From Antedon mediterranea (Eukaryota > Animalia > Echinodermata): 64,000 nt of DNA. Positions within the stretch are counted from its first letter, which is position 1. Every line of letters starts with the position of its first letter. Below the pieces are notes generated by a model that ran no database searches, was not told where the DNA came from, and saw nothing but the letters and a program-made list of their open reading frames with translations. The position numbers and the translations under genes are program-made. Shown here piece after piece: positions 14,201-28,900 of this stretch. Location of the stretch: the NCBI RefSeq assembly GCF_964355755.1, contig NC_092678.1:18679365-18743364 (forward strand), written 5' to 3'.

Positions 14201-17200
14201 CTCGAAAATAAAACACCATTAGAACAGAATGACATAGCTACAATAAAACAATTAGTTCTAAATATGCTGGAATAAAATACAATAACAAACTTATATATCG
14301 TCAACTAAAGACAATGTTTTACCTTTAATATTTCAGTTTTTTGATTCAATTTCAATCTATTCGATCCTCTAAAAAAATAAATCAATATCAATACAGTATA
14401 AATGTTATCATTCACAAATAAAAAAAAAATGTGTTTTCGTTTATTAACATGGGCCGAAATATCAACATGCGCTCTCTGTGGAAATATTTCTCCAAGTACT
14501 TCACTCAGTTTCTGATTGCTTACATTAATACATTGATTCTAATTTGATTTCACAGTGATAAACTGCGTCCATGATCCAGCTCTTTGTCAAAATGGTGGTA
14601 GTTGCATAGATGGATTGTGTATGTGTCCCTTTGGCTTTACTGGCAGTTCATGTGACGGTAACAAACGTTTTTTGTTTGTTTTAGTAAAAGTGTGTATACA
14701 TCATTTTATTCTAGCATAACTATGATATTAAATATCTTTTATACAACTAATTAAAAAATGTAATTGAAAAAAAAAACACAAATTAAATAAATAACTAAAT
14801 AACTACAGGGACATACATGCATGCATGGCCAAACGCTATCGTCTTGTTGTTATACGCATTTTATAAAATGGTATAGCCACAAACACAAAACAACAAATTT
14901 TAGCTAAAACGCAAAAACGTTTCATAACACTAATTTCAGATTGATCAGCTAATTAAAATGTTGTAATTTAAATGCTCTATGAACTGTTTGAAACAATCGG
15001 GTGTGTTTGATAACTATTAGTGTTTCTTCATACTCATCCAACAGCGAGTAACCCGCCAATTACAGGATGGATAAACTATTTAATAATTTCACAAGACAAA
15101 CATATACACAAGATGCTCTACATAAACAAAGACTTATTAAGTCTTTGGGAGTGGAGTTGTAAATTGTCATGAGAAAAAAACCCTGAAATATGAAAGGACT
15201 TGAACCCAGGACCCTTAGATTGGTAGCCAAGCATCATAACCACCAAGCCACAGCTCCACTCCAATTATTACTATTATATACAAAGAAAAAACAGAGTGCA
15301 TACAATCATGCATACTTTGCATTAAGTGTTTGCAACCGAAATACTATTGGAAAACATAGGCCAGAAGAACAATGCAATATTTCAATGTACTTCTCTGCAT
15401 AAGTTTTCCTAGAAGTACACCTTACAAGATCACTCCATTCATTTCCATTCTGTTCTATGCAATAGCTTTTATTTTTTTTCTAAATCCGTTAACGTTTAGA
15501 GTTTCAAGTAAAAGGGGTTTTTTTGCACGTTAATTCCCCATGTGTGAAAAATAAGCAACTCTTTTTTATTTGATTTATAAGTACTCTTCGGTTTATTTCT
15601 CAGTTTATGAGTGTGGAAGTGGCACTTGTCAGAATGGTGGGACTTGCCAACCAGGGTCAACAGATCCTGCGACGGTGTGTACATGTCGGTCTGGATACAT
15701 GGGATCGTTCTGTGACGAAAGTAAGTGACTATGGTAGTTTCTCCTACTTTAAAAAAAAAATTGGTGCGCAATTTTAAAACGTGTAAACCGGCCCTAAATA
15801 CCTTTAGAAAACAAATAGATTACTATGATGATATTTGGAGAACATTGATGATGTCATAGGCCTATCAGTACCATATTTGGTTTTAGATCACACCTTTTTT
15901 GTCGTTTAATGGTATAGACTAGGCATTATAGTCAACTCACACATACTGAAAAACAAACGCTCTAAAGTATGTTGGTATTATAAATTAAAACAATATTCTG
16001 AAGATATTATTAATTACATATACAGGTAATATTTTAACAAAACTTTCGATTAGGATAATAAACATAAGAATATGGCATGAAATGTCTAATAACATGATCG
16101 GCATCGGCCATTGAAGATACATATCATTTCACTTTTTTTTATAGTTGATACTGAAGCAATGTGTTTGATTAATTGCAATAACGGGGAATGCTCATCCAAC
16201 CACACCTGCGAATGTAACCTGGGCTATCATGGAATTTATTGCAATGGTAAGGTTGGTATTTAAGGCCGTGTTTCGTTTCCGCAGCCAAAAAAATCGATAA
16301 TTACTGATTAACTGCCTGTAGAAACGGGGTTTAACCGATTCCACTCGAGAGAAATTAACCGATAATTGTCTCACTCAAATCGAATAATTATTGGATAAAT
16401 GCGATAATTTTTAACCTTTAACCAGATGGTTGTAATGAATGATCATGCGCACTTTATTGGTTAAACAATTAACCGATAATTTTGTTTTGGCTGCGGAAAC
16501 TCGAGATTTGTTTTTCTTATTTATTTATTTTTTTATTTCATACGCAGCAAGAACAATTACAGGAGGGATAAACTCTTATCGTGCTTTGAAACTAAGTCTC
16601 ATTTGAGGCTTAGGGGGTGGAGTTGAAAAAGTCACTATAAGGTCAGGATTGATCCCTGAACCACCTATGTTCGGAAGGCAAGCACGTTCACCACAAAACT
16701 ACAGCTCCGCTACTTTCAAGTTTTCTCTTTTAAACAAGCTTGGTTTTCACTAAGACAAGAATGCGGACATAATTTGACCAATCACAAGTGAATGATTAGT
16801 TGAACTGTCGCTTGCCATTGGTCAACTCACTTGCGTTCGGTTTATGTCCTCGCGTTGCTTCCATAGTGGGAAAAAAGATTAAGTGTCATTCCGATGTCCT
16901 TCGGACAGGACGAAATTTATCCATTCGTGTTTCCTTCTTCTCAACCACGTAGTGCAGGCATAGTAGCATATGGAATCATTTCCTGCCGTGGTCTCTGTAC
17001 CTGCCGTTCAATTTTTTTACCGTAGTCCCATTTCTATTTCGTTTTTTTTTAATTTATTTTTATTTATTTTATTCATTTTATTCGTTCACATCCAACAGTG
17101 TATACACCAATTACAGGATGAAGATATAGATATAAATATAAAAACATATATAAAAATAACAAAAAGAAAAGCCTAAAAGTTTATCTAATCTATAATAATC

Positions 17201-19870
17201 TATAGATTGACAGCAGTGTTAACTAATTCATGGACAATATGCTTAGAAAAGATACCTAATTCAGGATTTTGACAAACACAGTTGTTATAAACAGACGAAA
17301 TTCTACAAAAAATACCTTTCTTACAAACATTAACACGGGAAAATTGTACATGTAACATTGATTTTGAACGAAGTCTACAAATTGGAACATTAAAATTGAA
17401 ATTTGAAACAAGATTACAAGTGAACATAGAATTAAGACATTTATACAAAAATGTTAGGTCATTTATTTTTCGTTTATCAGTTGGTGTGAAATAATCGGAG
17501 TTTGGCAAGGCCAACAGGTTTTTGGGCCAAGAATTTTTTTCTGAATCCTTTCGATTCTAGAGGATTGTGTATTTGATATAGAGTTAAAAAAAACAGAACA
17601 AAAATCTAACGAAGGTTGAATAAGACTTTCATAGAGGGCAATTTTTGGTTGTTTGTATTTAATATCTATAATTTTAACACATTTAAACATGAATTACAAT
17701 TATAAACACACATATTTGCGTTGTTCACCAGGCCTATATGAAAAGTAAATGCATTTAGATTGTAGGTCAAATAACTTTGAATTTAAAAATTAAATGGTAG
17801 ATGTTGATACTCATTATTACTAATGCTTGATTCCCACTAGAGAGAGGCAACGCAGAGACGTCGACGTAAGCGCAACGCCATTGGTCAACTCACTTGCGTT
17901 ACGTCATTGCGTTACGTCTCTAGAACTTTGGTAATCCGTATGTACAGCGCCGTGTATATAGTCTATAACCGTTTTTCAATTCAAGTATAAAAAAAAGACT
18001 AAATTAGGCCCAAGGCATACTATGTATAGATATTGCTTGCTCAACGCTGTTTGTAATAATTTATCATTATTTTCTCAAAACACTAGGACTTTTAGTAACT
18101 TTAATGTATTTATTCTTCTATCAATTTAGATATAATTCCATGTGAAGAAATGCCATGTCAAAACGGTGGCGAGTGTTTTGGACGACAACCACAGCGCCGG
18201 AAACGTCAGGAGTTCGAATTATTACCACCTACGCTAGCTGGCTGTTCTTGTTTGATCGAATATACCGGTTTATATTGCGAAACAGGTATACACATTTACG
18301 TGTACATCGTATTATTTATTCATTCACAAATATTGTTCAATAGTATAGTAAACGAATACCTGCAGCCCTATAATACAAAAACAAATAAAAATTTGTTACC
18401 GTAGCTATGTTTGAAACACTGTTACGTCGTCGGTTCCCACTTTACGTAATACAACATTTTGGGTCGATACGTCACTGCGTTACGTTGCGTTGCGTTCTAG
18501 TGGAAAGCACGCTTTATGATTGTTCAAATCACATACGTTGCATTACGTCCATGTGCTGTGTCTCCAGTGGGAACGAAGCATATTAATTACGTCTTCATTT
18601 AACTTTAACTTCCGTAATCTGTAGTCTTATGGGCCTCACATCAATTATTACAGTGGTAAAACCAGTCTTCTTATATGCCTATAAGGACTATAAACAGTGG
18701 TTCAAAGAATCTAGTACATGCTTAAACGAGAGGGAGATTACCCCGGTGAATAATGAATAATTTGCGCTGTAGTTGGCAGCACCGACTTGACCCTTAGGAG
18801 AAAGCATTTAATATTGAAAGGTAGAAGTCCACATTGAGACAACATTAAACAAAGTACTATAGGCCCATGTGCAATACAACACCCCACAATCACAAACGAT
18901 CGATTTGTTATTAGATATTAATTACCTTGTATTACGTCATTGTTGTTAGGCGTATTGTGAATCAATTTTACTTACTCTTGGCCTATTGTTTTTTTATTTT
19001 TTCATTATTATTTGAATTGTTGAGAATATCATAACGCGTTACATTCTATAACCAGAGATTTGTTATGTCATGTATATTTAGGATGATTATTGATATTGAT
19101 AAATACTATATACTGTTTATTTTTACACTGAAGAACGACCGCCGTGTGAGTTGGAATGCCAAAACAAGGGAAGATGCGAACTAAGTCCAGAATCATTCGA
19201 TTATATTTGTCAATGCTCTAACAGGAACTATTACAGTGGCGAATTGTGTGAAGGTAAGTATAATGATAATTGTTATTTTCTATCGATTCTACCTTTTTCA
19301 TATAAAAATATTCAATAAATTCACATAAAATAAAAAATTCACACTTGCCAAACAAGACAAAAAGATCAATATCACTTGGCACTCATTCGAACCGGTCTTA
19401 AAATAATGACCCTTGTATACACGGGACCTAAACTTTATAATTATCTACCCTTTCTCTATTCTATTAAACAATAAGGTAAATGTTCTTTATTTAAACATAA
19501 ATTTAAACTATTATTGGTTGAAGGTTCTTTGTAATTTATTTTTACATATTGGATATTATCTTTTATAGTCTATACTTGTTTTAATATGTAACCTTTTAAA
19601 AATATGTGTTAGCAGAGAAAACATAATTAGTTAGTAGGAAAACAATCTTCATTATTATATGAAGTTGTTTAATTTTGTAATATTATTTCATATTTTTATT
19701 TTATTATATTATTCATTACAAGATATGCTTTTATTTATGCTCCTCCTCTATTTTATTTAAGTTATTAGTAAAGTGAAATAAATAAAATTAAATATTGCGG
19801 AACAACGTCCGGTTATTTTTCAGACACATTCTATTAATCTCTATACATTTCTTTATTATTTGTCATAGTA

Positions 19871-19959
<89 letters not shown>

Positions 19960-22900
19960 CAATACATATTTAATATGATATCATGCTTTACTTACAGTGG
20001 CTTAACAAAATGCATTCATTACATTTTAACTGTATACGCAATGATATACATGCATACACACATATACAAACACAAAGTCTTTTAAAAATCATTTTTATAT
20101 TTTGGACATTATTATCTAATGTATATTTTCTACAAACAGTTGTTGCACTTTGCTTTGAAATCGGCTGTGAATTTAATGGTATCTGTGATGAACAAGGCAA
20201 GTGTGTCTGTCCCGATGGGCGATACGGAGCATTTTGTGAACAAGGTACGGTAGTCTTCTTAAAGTCATTCAATTATGTGATAGTATCCGCTGCAATCCAT
20301 TCTAATACTGACAAAATTTAAAAAATGTGCTATTGGTAACAGTCATTTGTGACTTTAATTCATTAGGCCTATTACCCACTTGTTAAAATCACGTTCGCTG
20401 GCCATCACTCTCTAACTGTTTGTATTGGATGGAGTGTTTCGGAATACTGTTTTTTTGGTTTCAATCCTCACTTTTTTTTAGATTCTGTTGAAATAATCTT
20501 CCATCTCAGATTTAAGAGATCCTCTTGATAAGTTTCGAGAATTTGACATAAGTCTTTGTCAACACAATGTTCATACCTGAATTGTCATTTCCTTGGCTCT
20601 CGTATATGATTTTCTTTGTAATTGCATTTTTGAGAATTATGATTTGAAAATGTTAATCATAATTGTTATTTCTTTAAATGATTTAAAATTATATTTTATA
20701 TTTATTTGTAATTCTGTTAAAGGAAAGTCTTCCTATCGTGATTTAGTTCGCTTTTGAAAATTCTTGACATCGTGTTTACTTTGTTGTTTTGTAATTTTTC
20801 TGTATTTGTTGTTGTTCCAAAATTAAATAAATCAAAAAAAAAATTAATCAAACAATTAATGAATTATGGTTGACATTAAATGATGAGTATTTTATTTTAT
20901 AGACATCTGTGACACAAATCCTTGTGCAAATGGAGGAATCTGTTTTCAGCCTACTGAAGCGTTTTCTGAAATTCAAATTGTTACCGATGAATTTTACTGC
21001 GCATGTGCACCGGGTTTCAGAGGTCCTACATGTACAGGAGAAATCGGTTTGTTTTAAAAATTATTAGTTTCAGTTAAATCTGCATTTATTCATTATGTAT
21101 TCGTTATTCTGAAAATATAGAGTCAATCAACAACGATAGTGTAAGATTGGTGAGTGAAGTTAAAAATGCAGAAGTAGGCCTAGTAATTTTCTAGTGCGTA
21201 TGATACAAGCCAACGCTTCTTTCTTTCGTCGTTTATCTACTGTGAATCTTTAATATGATTTACCTTTAGTTTAGTATGATGGAGACAATCCTGATTTGAA
21301 ATTCTATAAGGACCAAACAAATATAGACATAACTGTACCAGACGCCAGGCATAAACAGTGATATTTTTTCTATTGATATTCTAATTTATGTATTTCTACA
21401 AATGTATATTGATTATTTTTATAGTTGAATGTAGTCGTAATGAATTCGCCTGTGAAAGTGGCGAGTGTATCTCACTTAGCAAGATGTGTGATAATGTACC
21501 GTATGACTGTGCAGATAACTCAGATGAACCAGACGAATGTCAAAGTAAGGAGAAATATAAATAATAAGTATGGTTAATTCCGACATAGGCGAGCACAATG
21601 TAAAAACTTCGGGATAAATCTCCGCCTTGGATACATACCTTATCTATCTCAGATGTACCGCGAAACGTATATTTGATAACATTAGTTTCCACTATTACAA
21701 TATTTTTCCATATTTCTATCTTAGAAAGATATTATAAAAGGTTTTGAAAAAAATAACTGATTTCATCGGTAGATTTTCAACTGTGCCTGCTAGAAGTAAT
21801 TTCCGGGTTCACGGTCGGTCCACGGATTCACATTGTATTAATAATTTTACATCATATGCACAAACATTGATAAATTAGTGAAACACTACAAATTGGAATA
21901 TGAGCTTGCCAAATAAACCACTTTTAGCGAAGCACAAAATGCGCAACATGGCTACAACAATGAAATGTAATGTTTACGCATATTTATAATATTATATATA
22001 TAATTATACAATCTGCAAAACAGTAACTGTCCCGCCAATAATATGTAGGCATATTTCTTAATATAGGCTAGTGACATAAGCAATCATAACGTTAAAACTT
22101 TGTAAACATATTGTTGTACTTACAAGGCATATCTAACTAATATTCAATTACATTTATCCAAACTGCTATGACACACCGTTTTATTTTACTTTATTAGAAG
22201 CAGAATGTGACGACTTATTGCAACTTCTGAACGCTTTGACAGAAAGATGTGGGGAACTCCAAACACTTGGAGCCTTTCCTACAGACAGTTTAGAATCGCA
22301 AAACGTATTTCAATTCAGTTTCGGAGGATCTGATTTTCCAGACGCTCCGACTATAATAGCAAAGGTATAGAATTATTAAATTCATTATCACTGAGAATAT
22401 AATGTACACAATTGCATTGTAACTAAATAACAATCATCGAACAAAACTGAGCTTTAGTGAGCAATATAATATAATAAGCAAACTAGCCTTATATAGTTTG
22501 GAGGTTTGCATGGCGAAATCAAATGTTGACTCCTGAGGACGATCAAAGCATATTGATCGAAACGTCGAGAAACTCAACAGTTATTTTCAGAACTAACATA
22601 CGTGGTTTACCGCAAACTTTATATCAACAAAATAACCTTCCTTTATAACAACATTATGATTACTATGGTTATATATGTAATAATGATAATGACAATGTCG
22701 AATTTAATTTGAATGAAAGATTGTAAATGTACAGTCTGTCAATGCTTTTCAAAACTGTTATAGTAGTATGTATTTTAATCACATTATATAAAATATTTTG
22801 TTGTAGATTGAGATTGATATCTCTGAATACTTTGGAAATGAGATTAGAGAAACTGGAACGCTGTTTGTAGCATTACTTTCATCGGATCCAACTGTTATTG

Positions 22901-25900
22901 AAATACCTGTTATTCATTTCAGGGTAAGATTATTTTTACATTCTTTTTATTGTTATGTAAGTATATGGTACAGTAATTTAGTAAATGCAACATTTTTAGC
23001 CTTGTGGCTACTTGCTGTAAGTTTTATACCAGAATAAATAAATAAATAAATAAATAAATAAAAATACGCAATTACTACTCATTACGTCTTATTGTATCAT
23101 TGACATCGTCCACGTCATTTTGTTGTGCTTTGTTTTTTTTCACCCGTTTCTCGGCAACGAATCTAAATTTCTCCCAGTATCACCTAGTACCATGATACCA
23201 TAACCTAACTCTTAATCTAACGTCGCATGATTCAGGCAGGCACACAAGTGATACTGGTACACATGGAATTCTGCATATTATTGTATGTAGATCTACATCT
23301 CTATAAAGATGCACATATATTTTTTGTTTTTTTTCTCCAGACACAGCTATATTTCTTATTATTTCCATTATAATACTACATAACTGTACATAATTCTTGT
23401 TTTCTGAATTAATAAAAGCAAGAAAAGTCATTATTCCACTCTTTGATATAAAGCTGATTAGATTCTGATTTTATTGAAATTTAATTTTCACTGTGTAATG
23501 AGCCCTATGTTATTATAATCTATATATAAATTTACGTAAGGGCAAAATTCGGTAAATCGCACCTTACTTTTAGAATTTTTACTCGATGGTATATAAAGTT
23601 GGTTCGTACTTTTGATACTGATTTTAACCACCTGATGTAGCCCTGTTTACTAATTAAATTATGTTAGATAATTAGTTATTGACGATTAAAACGAATTTAG
23701 GTTCAACGATTTGCCCCAAATAGGGGTGCTTTCCGATCGTGGTATACACTGTCTAATGGATGTCCATCTTGAAAAATACCCGCCACAAAATTGCGAGGAG
23801 GCTTCGCATTTTCCTATCTCCTCCTACGATAATTGTTTTTAATAGCTGAAAACCCGTTGAACAGCTCGAGTACAGTATCATAATGTTGAAGACAGGCCGA
23901 TTTTCTTAAAAAAATACTATTTTGATAGATTTAATATACGTTTATATAAATGTATTGATTTGCAATGAATGGAACATCATTCCAATCTCTGTGTCGTTCC
24001 ACAAGTGTCTATTCCCTCAGGCGTCGTAAAGGAAAGTACTGTATACTCATAACAGAAATTCGATCCATTTTTTGTTTCAATCTGTGCTGCAGAGGTTGGA
24101 TATCAAATCTTTATTATTGCAGTTAAACCACCCATAACATCACCCTTCCCTCTCACTGGCATGAGTAGCGTTGTAAAGACATAGTAGAGCTTGATAGGCT
24201 TACGGTGCATCATATGCCCTAAACGCAAAACAACTTTGGTGGGTAGGGTAGGAACCAACTTAAGTATGACTTGGCTCTAAGAAACAATTAAAAACCATTA
24301 GGCCTACTAATTCAGTTGAATTAGATAATTTAATATTTATTGACGATTAAATCGAATTTATGATTTTCCCCGAATAGAGGTGGTTTTCACAAATTGTTTT
24401 ACATTATATAAACATACACGTCGTAGTGATGTATCGTTACATGTACTGCTATTTCAATCTACTAGGACGGTGATACTGATATTTTCCAACAAAGTATTAC
24501 ATCGCAATGTTTTACTGTGTTTAGTGGTATATTATTTGTAAAACATGAAAACAATTAATATTTTGTTACTAAATGGATAAAGAATATATTTAAAAATTGT
24601 TCCTCTTTGCACCCATCCTCTTCCCCATCCCTCACCCCTAATGTTAAATTACTATTACAAAACACAAATTAAGTTTGTTTAAATTTGACTTAACAATTGG
24701 TCTCATTTTTTGACAATCTCTTTCGGAAGTAATTCCCAGGGTGCTAATTTTAGTTGAGTACATAAATCAGTGTCTATTTATTCGTTCCTGTGTAAACGAC
24801 ATGTATTATTGTACGTACATTTGAAATCGTCAGTTTTTTAACGCTGAAATTATTATATATTCGAGAACCATCTGTGGGCACGACCTAGATGATACGCGAG
24901 CGAAGCGAGCGTACCATCTAGTATTAATAATTTATTAATATAATAAAACCAATATATTTTTCAGGTATATTTTGAAAAAGAGGTGGAATCAATGATCTTA
25001 GAGAAAAACCTGTCTGATATATTCAGTGTTGTTCAAAATGAGCCTCAAGACGTCTGGTTATCATTTCTTCCTGATGGCGACACAGAACACATTCTACTAC
25101 CATCGTTCTCGTGTTTCATTGAAGAATCGTCTTGCTTCACCATGACAACAAGGTTATTTATTCCGCACTGTGATGATCTTGATTCTAAATGCCTTGACAT
25201 ATATGCAGAATGGGTACAAGCCACTGACGACTCGAGAGATTACAATTGCGGGATAGCTTCGATTGATACTGTTGTTGAACCATTGTTTGACCAGTGTCTT
25301 GGTAAGTAGGCCTAGGCCTATATCAAACACCTGTTGCATAGTTCAATCATTGTCTATTGCCGTTAATTTGTACTGCTGTTTCTCTCTGAAATTATTATTA
25401 TGATACTTAAAATTATACAAAAATTATATCTCCCTAGATTTAAATAAGCACGCACTAAAATTATAATGAATGTCATTTACTTCACGATTATTTACATTTC
25501 TGCATTTATAGGTAAATTTAAGAAAATTTAGTGGGCCTATAAGCAAAATGTACGTACAAAAGTGTCGATCTTTAACAAATGTAAAACGCTGCCGTGTAAT
25601 TTGCATATTGAATCGTCCCAAGCTTTACTGGCCTCAACAACACGTGCCTCAACATACAGAATAGGAGTTGTTTTGCTTGTTAATGTTCGAATGTAATTAC
25701 TTACTGTATCAAATGATTGCCTCGAACTGCGCCCCGTAGGCTGTATAATAATAATAATAATAATAATAACAATAATTGTTCACGTTTTTTTTCTGTTGAT
25801 AAATATATCTAACCATGTATATTCTTAAAACACGTTTTGTAATTATATTGTTTTTTCATTAGTTGCACCAATTATTACATCCGTCAGTGGCTCGATGAGC

Positions 25901-28900
25901 ATCAGTTTAGAAGAAAGTGTCACATTATACTGTGTGGCGTCTGGAGTTCCATCAGCAACTGTCCAATGGGCAACGGTTACTGATTCAGGTGAATACGTAC
26001 CTGTTACAGCGCCTTCTACCGCTCAGTCAGTGTACGAAATAATGGATTTTTCTGAAACAACGTAAGTGTGGTTTTTTTTAGTGAATTGTATTTCTAATAT
26101 ATTTAATGTTAAAATATTTTTTTTTTAAACTATCGATAATTTGCTTTACGTTATGTAAAATTTAATTTGTTGATATTTTTCGTGTTGACTTCCTCAATAA
26201 TTTTATTTTAAGAAATTTTAAACTATTTATATCAATTTCATTAAAATAGTTACTATCATCATGACTTGAACATATTTTAATTAATAACTTTTGGTTATCT
26301 TACCTTGCTGCTATTTTGTAGATATGTAAATGTTAATGCATTTATATTCTAGATATGTGTGTCAAGTTGGAAATATAGCGGATACAGAACAAAGTGAAAA
26401 TGTAATTATTTCAGTAGAAGGTAAAAATAAAACCGTATGCGATTCTAGTGGAAAACAAAGGCGCTTTAAAACTGGTTTTGATTTAAATAAGATGGCCTCA
26501 ACTATTTGATTACAAGTAAGCGGCTTCTTGGAAGGATGGCGGCCTGTACTGTTGTATTGTTCTTTTCTGTACTGTTGTGCATGCGTAAAATGTTAAACTA
26601 ATGACAGGGCTACTATTATTCATTTTAGTATTTATGCTTGTGCATACTTACATCATCATAATCAAAAGTTTTTTTTCATCCAATATTTTCAGACGGTTCC
26701 TGTACAAATTATTATGCGGCAACTCGAAGCTTTTTCCAATCCATGCCAGAATGCTACAATATGACTATGACCTTTATCCCGCCAACTAGTCAACGTGGAG
26801 GTTCTCTTTACATTAATAATTTTGTTCAAGGATCTGTTTTATACAGTGTTTCATTCCCATCGTCTAATATTGTCATCGGTAGAGGACTAGAGTTTGGAGA
26901 GGGCTCTTTCAGTTCTAGAGTAACAGTCTATGAAGACGTCATTACCTCCATAGAAATCACTATATTGAATCTAAATACAGGTGTTACTATCTATGCTGAA
27001 ACCTTTGACGGTATAATAATTACTCCTGAACCAGACATATTTCAAATTGACCTGACATTTGATCAACCAATCAAAATCAACAGCACGTCTACGTATGAGA
27101 TAGAGTTGTCTATTCGTTCGGAACCAGACGTTGGCCTGTCAAACGAGGCAATCTCAGTGAATGGTTTTACTTGTGAAAAAAGCTCACCCGAATGTTTGCA
27201 ATTCTTAAGTGACTGGAACAGACTCGTGCTAGACCAGGTTGGTGCTGGTTGCAGTCGGACAGACGTCGAATTTCCCTCACTTAAACTTTGCTTCGGAGAG
27301 TTCTTTGAAGGTATGTTTATGCGCGTTGTTTATATAACTAGGCCAACTATTTAAAGATATTTAATATGACCCCTGTATGTTGAATATTATTTTAATGTTA
27401 CTAGTTATTCATTCTGACCAAAATGAAAACTGCAATAAAGCAAAACATAGTCAAATTGACTTCCAGTCAATTTTTTTTTGGTTGAATTTAACGGTTTATT
27501 TGTCTTTTTATAAATGAAAACATTAGTTAGTGTTTTTTAGTACTTGATTAAAACTAAGAAATGTCCTATTCAAAAACTTTTTTTTAATAATCTTCATTTT
27601 TCTTGTTTTTTAGACAATACATATTTAAAACATACATGATTACAAATACACCCTCCCCCCTCTTTTTATTAACTTACTGTACGTTTGGTACAGTTTATGA
27701 CATTTTTTTATCAATAAAAAAAACCCATTACACTACTTTACAATTTAAGCCTGTTTTCCTAAATGCAATATTCATTTGATTCGATACATTATTTGTGTGC
27801 GCTCATTCGTTTATTAATATTTCATTCCACTTCATGTGGTGCAAAATTGCATAGCAAATCAGAGTTCGTGAATGTTCGCCTAGTACATTATAATGCTTAA
27901 TACATTTAAAAACAATTTTGTTAATTTGTGTCAATTTTATTTTCAGATCCTGAAGTGGTACGTCATCCTGAATCGCAAGCTGCTGAAGTGGGCATGGCAG
28001 CTATATTAGAATGCAATATAGAGAACGTTGAGTTTTATGAATGGTTTAAAAACGGCGGCCGTATCGCTAGTGGTGCTGATGGTCCTGTTTACAACGTACA
28101 GCTAGACCAAGGTCAGAATCAGGGCGACTATTCCTGTTTTGGATATAGATCTCAGGATAGGAAAGATGCAAAATCAAACTCTGCAACCGTTCTAATCTCG
28201 GGTAAGTCTGACCTACTGCTAAATAATAAGATTATAATTACTTTAGGTTTCCGTATACTGCACTTAAACACAAATCAGAAACGAGTTATGATGTTATTAG
28301 TGAGGTTTTGCAACCTTACAAATACGATATCGAAAACGGATACGGTTCACATTTGTGAAAGTTTTGAGCTGATCCCCATATCATATTCGTAAAGCGTATT
28401 CGTGTTGACGAATATCACCAGTCATATTCGTAAGTACAAAACAAGTATAGTTTTGATCTATTTTGCATTTGAATCAGGAATTTATGATTATAATATAATT
28501 ATAGATTTATTAAAAGTAATTTACTAAAGTAATTTACTAAAATGATGCCAGGTCAATTTTGATAAATAGCAGTTTTAAAGTCCTTACTCGCTTTGATGTT
28601 ACGCTATGCCGAGGCAGTCAAGAAACATGTACATGCGCTTTGCCCTCAATATTTCTTTGCCATGCGAAACAGATTTTTACTGGCTTACGCGTACGAAAAC
28701 GAATACGTGTGCGTGACGTATCCGTTTTCGTTATCGTATTCGTAAGATTGTGAAACCTCTCTATTATCGTAAATGTAAGTCAATTGTCACATGCTATTCT
28801 AAAGTTTGAAAATATTTACTATTCATTTTTCTATCGTTCCTACCTGAACAAAAAACCTGACATACTTTATATCAATTGTAATACCGTAACAACTATTTAT

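Noticed and set aside
19795-20085. 96-aa ORF with a YI repeat
   Set aside because: Translation of the (TA)n microsatellite.
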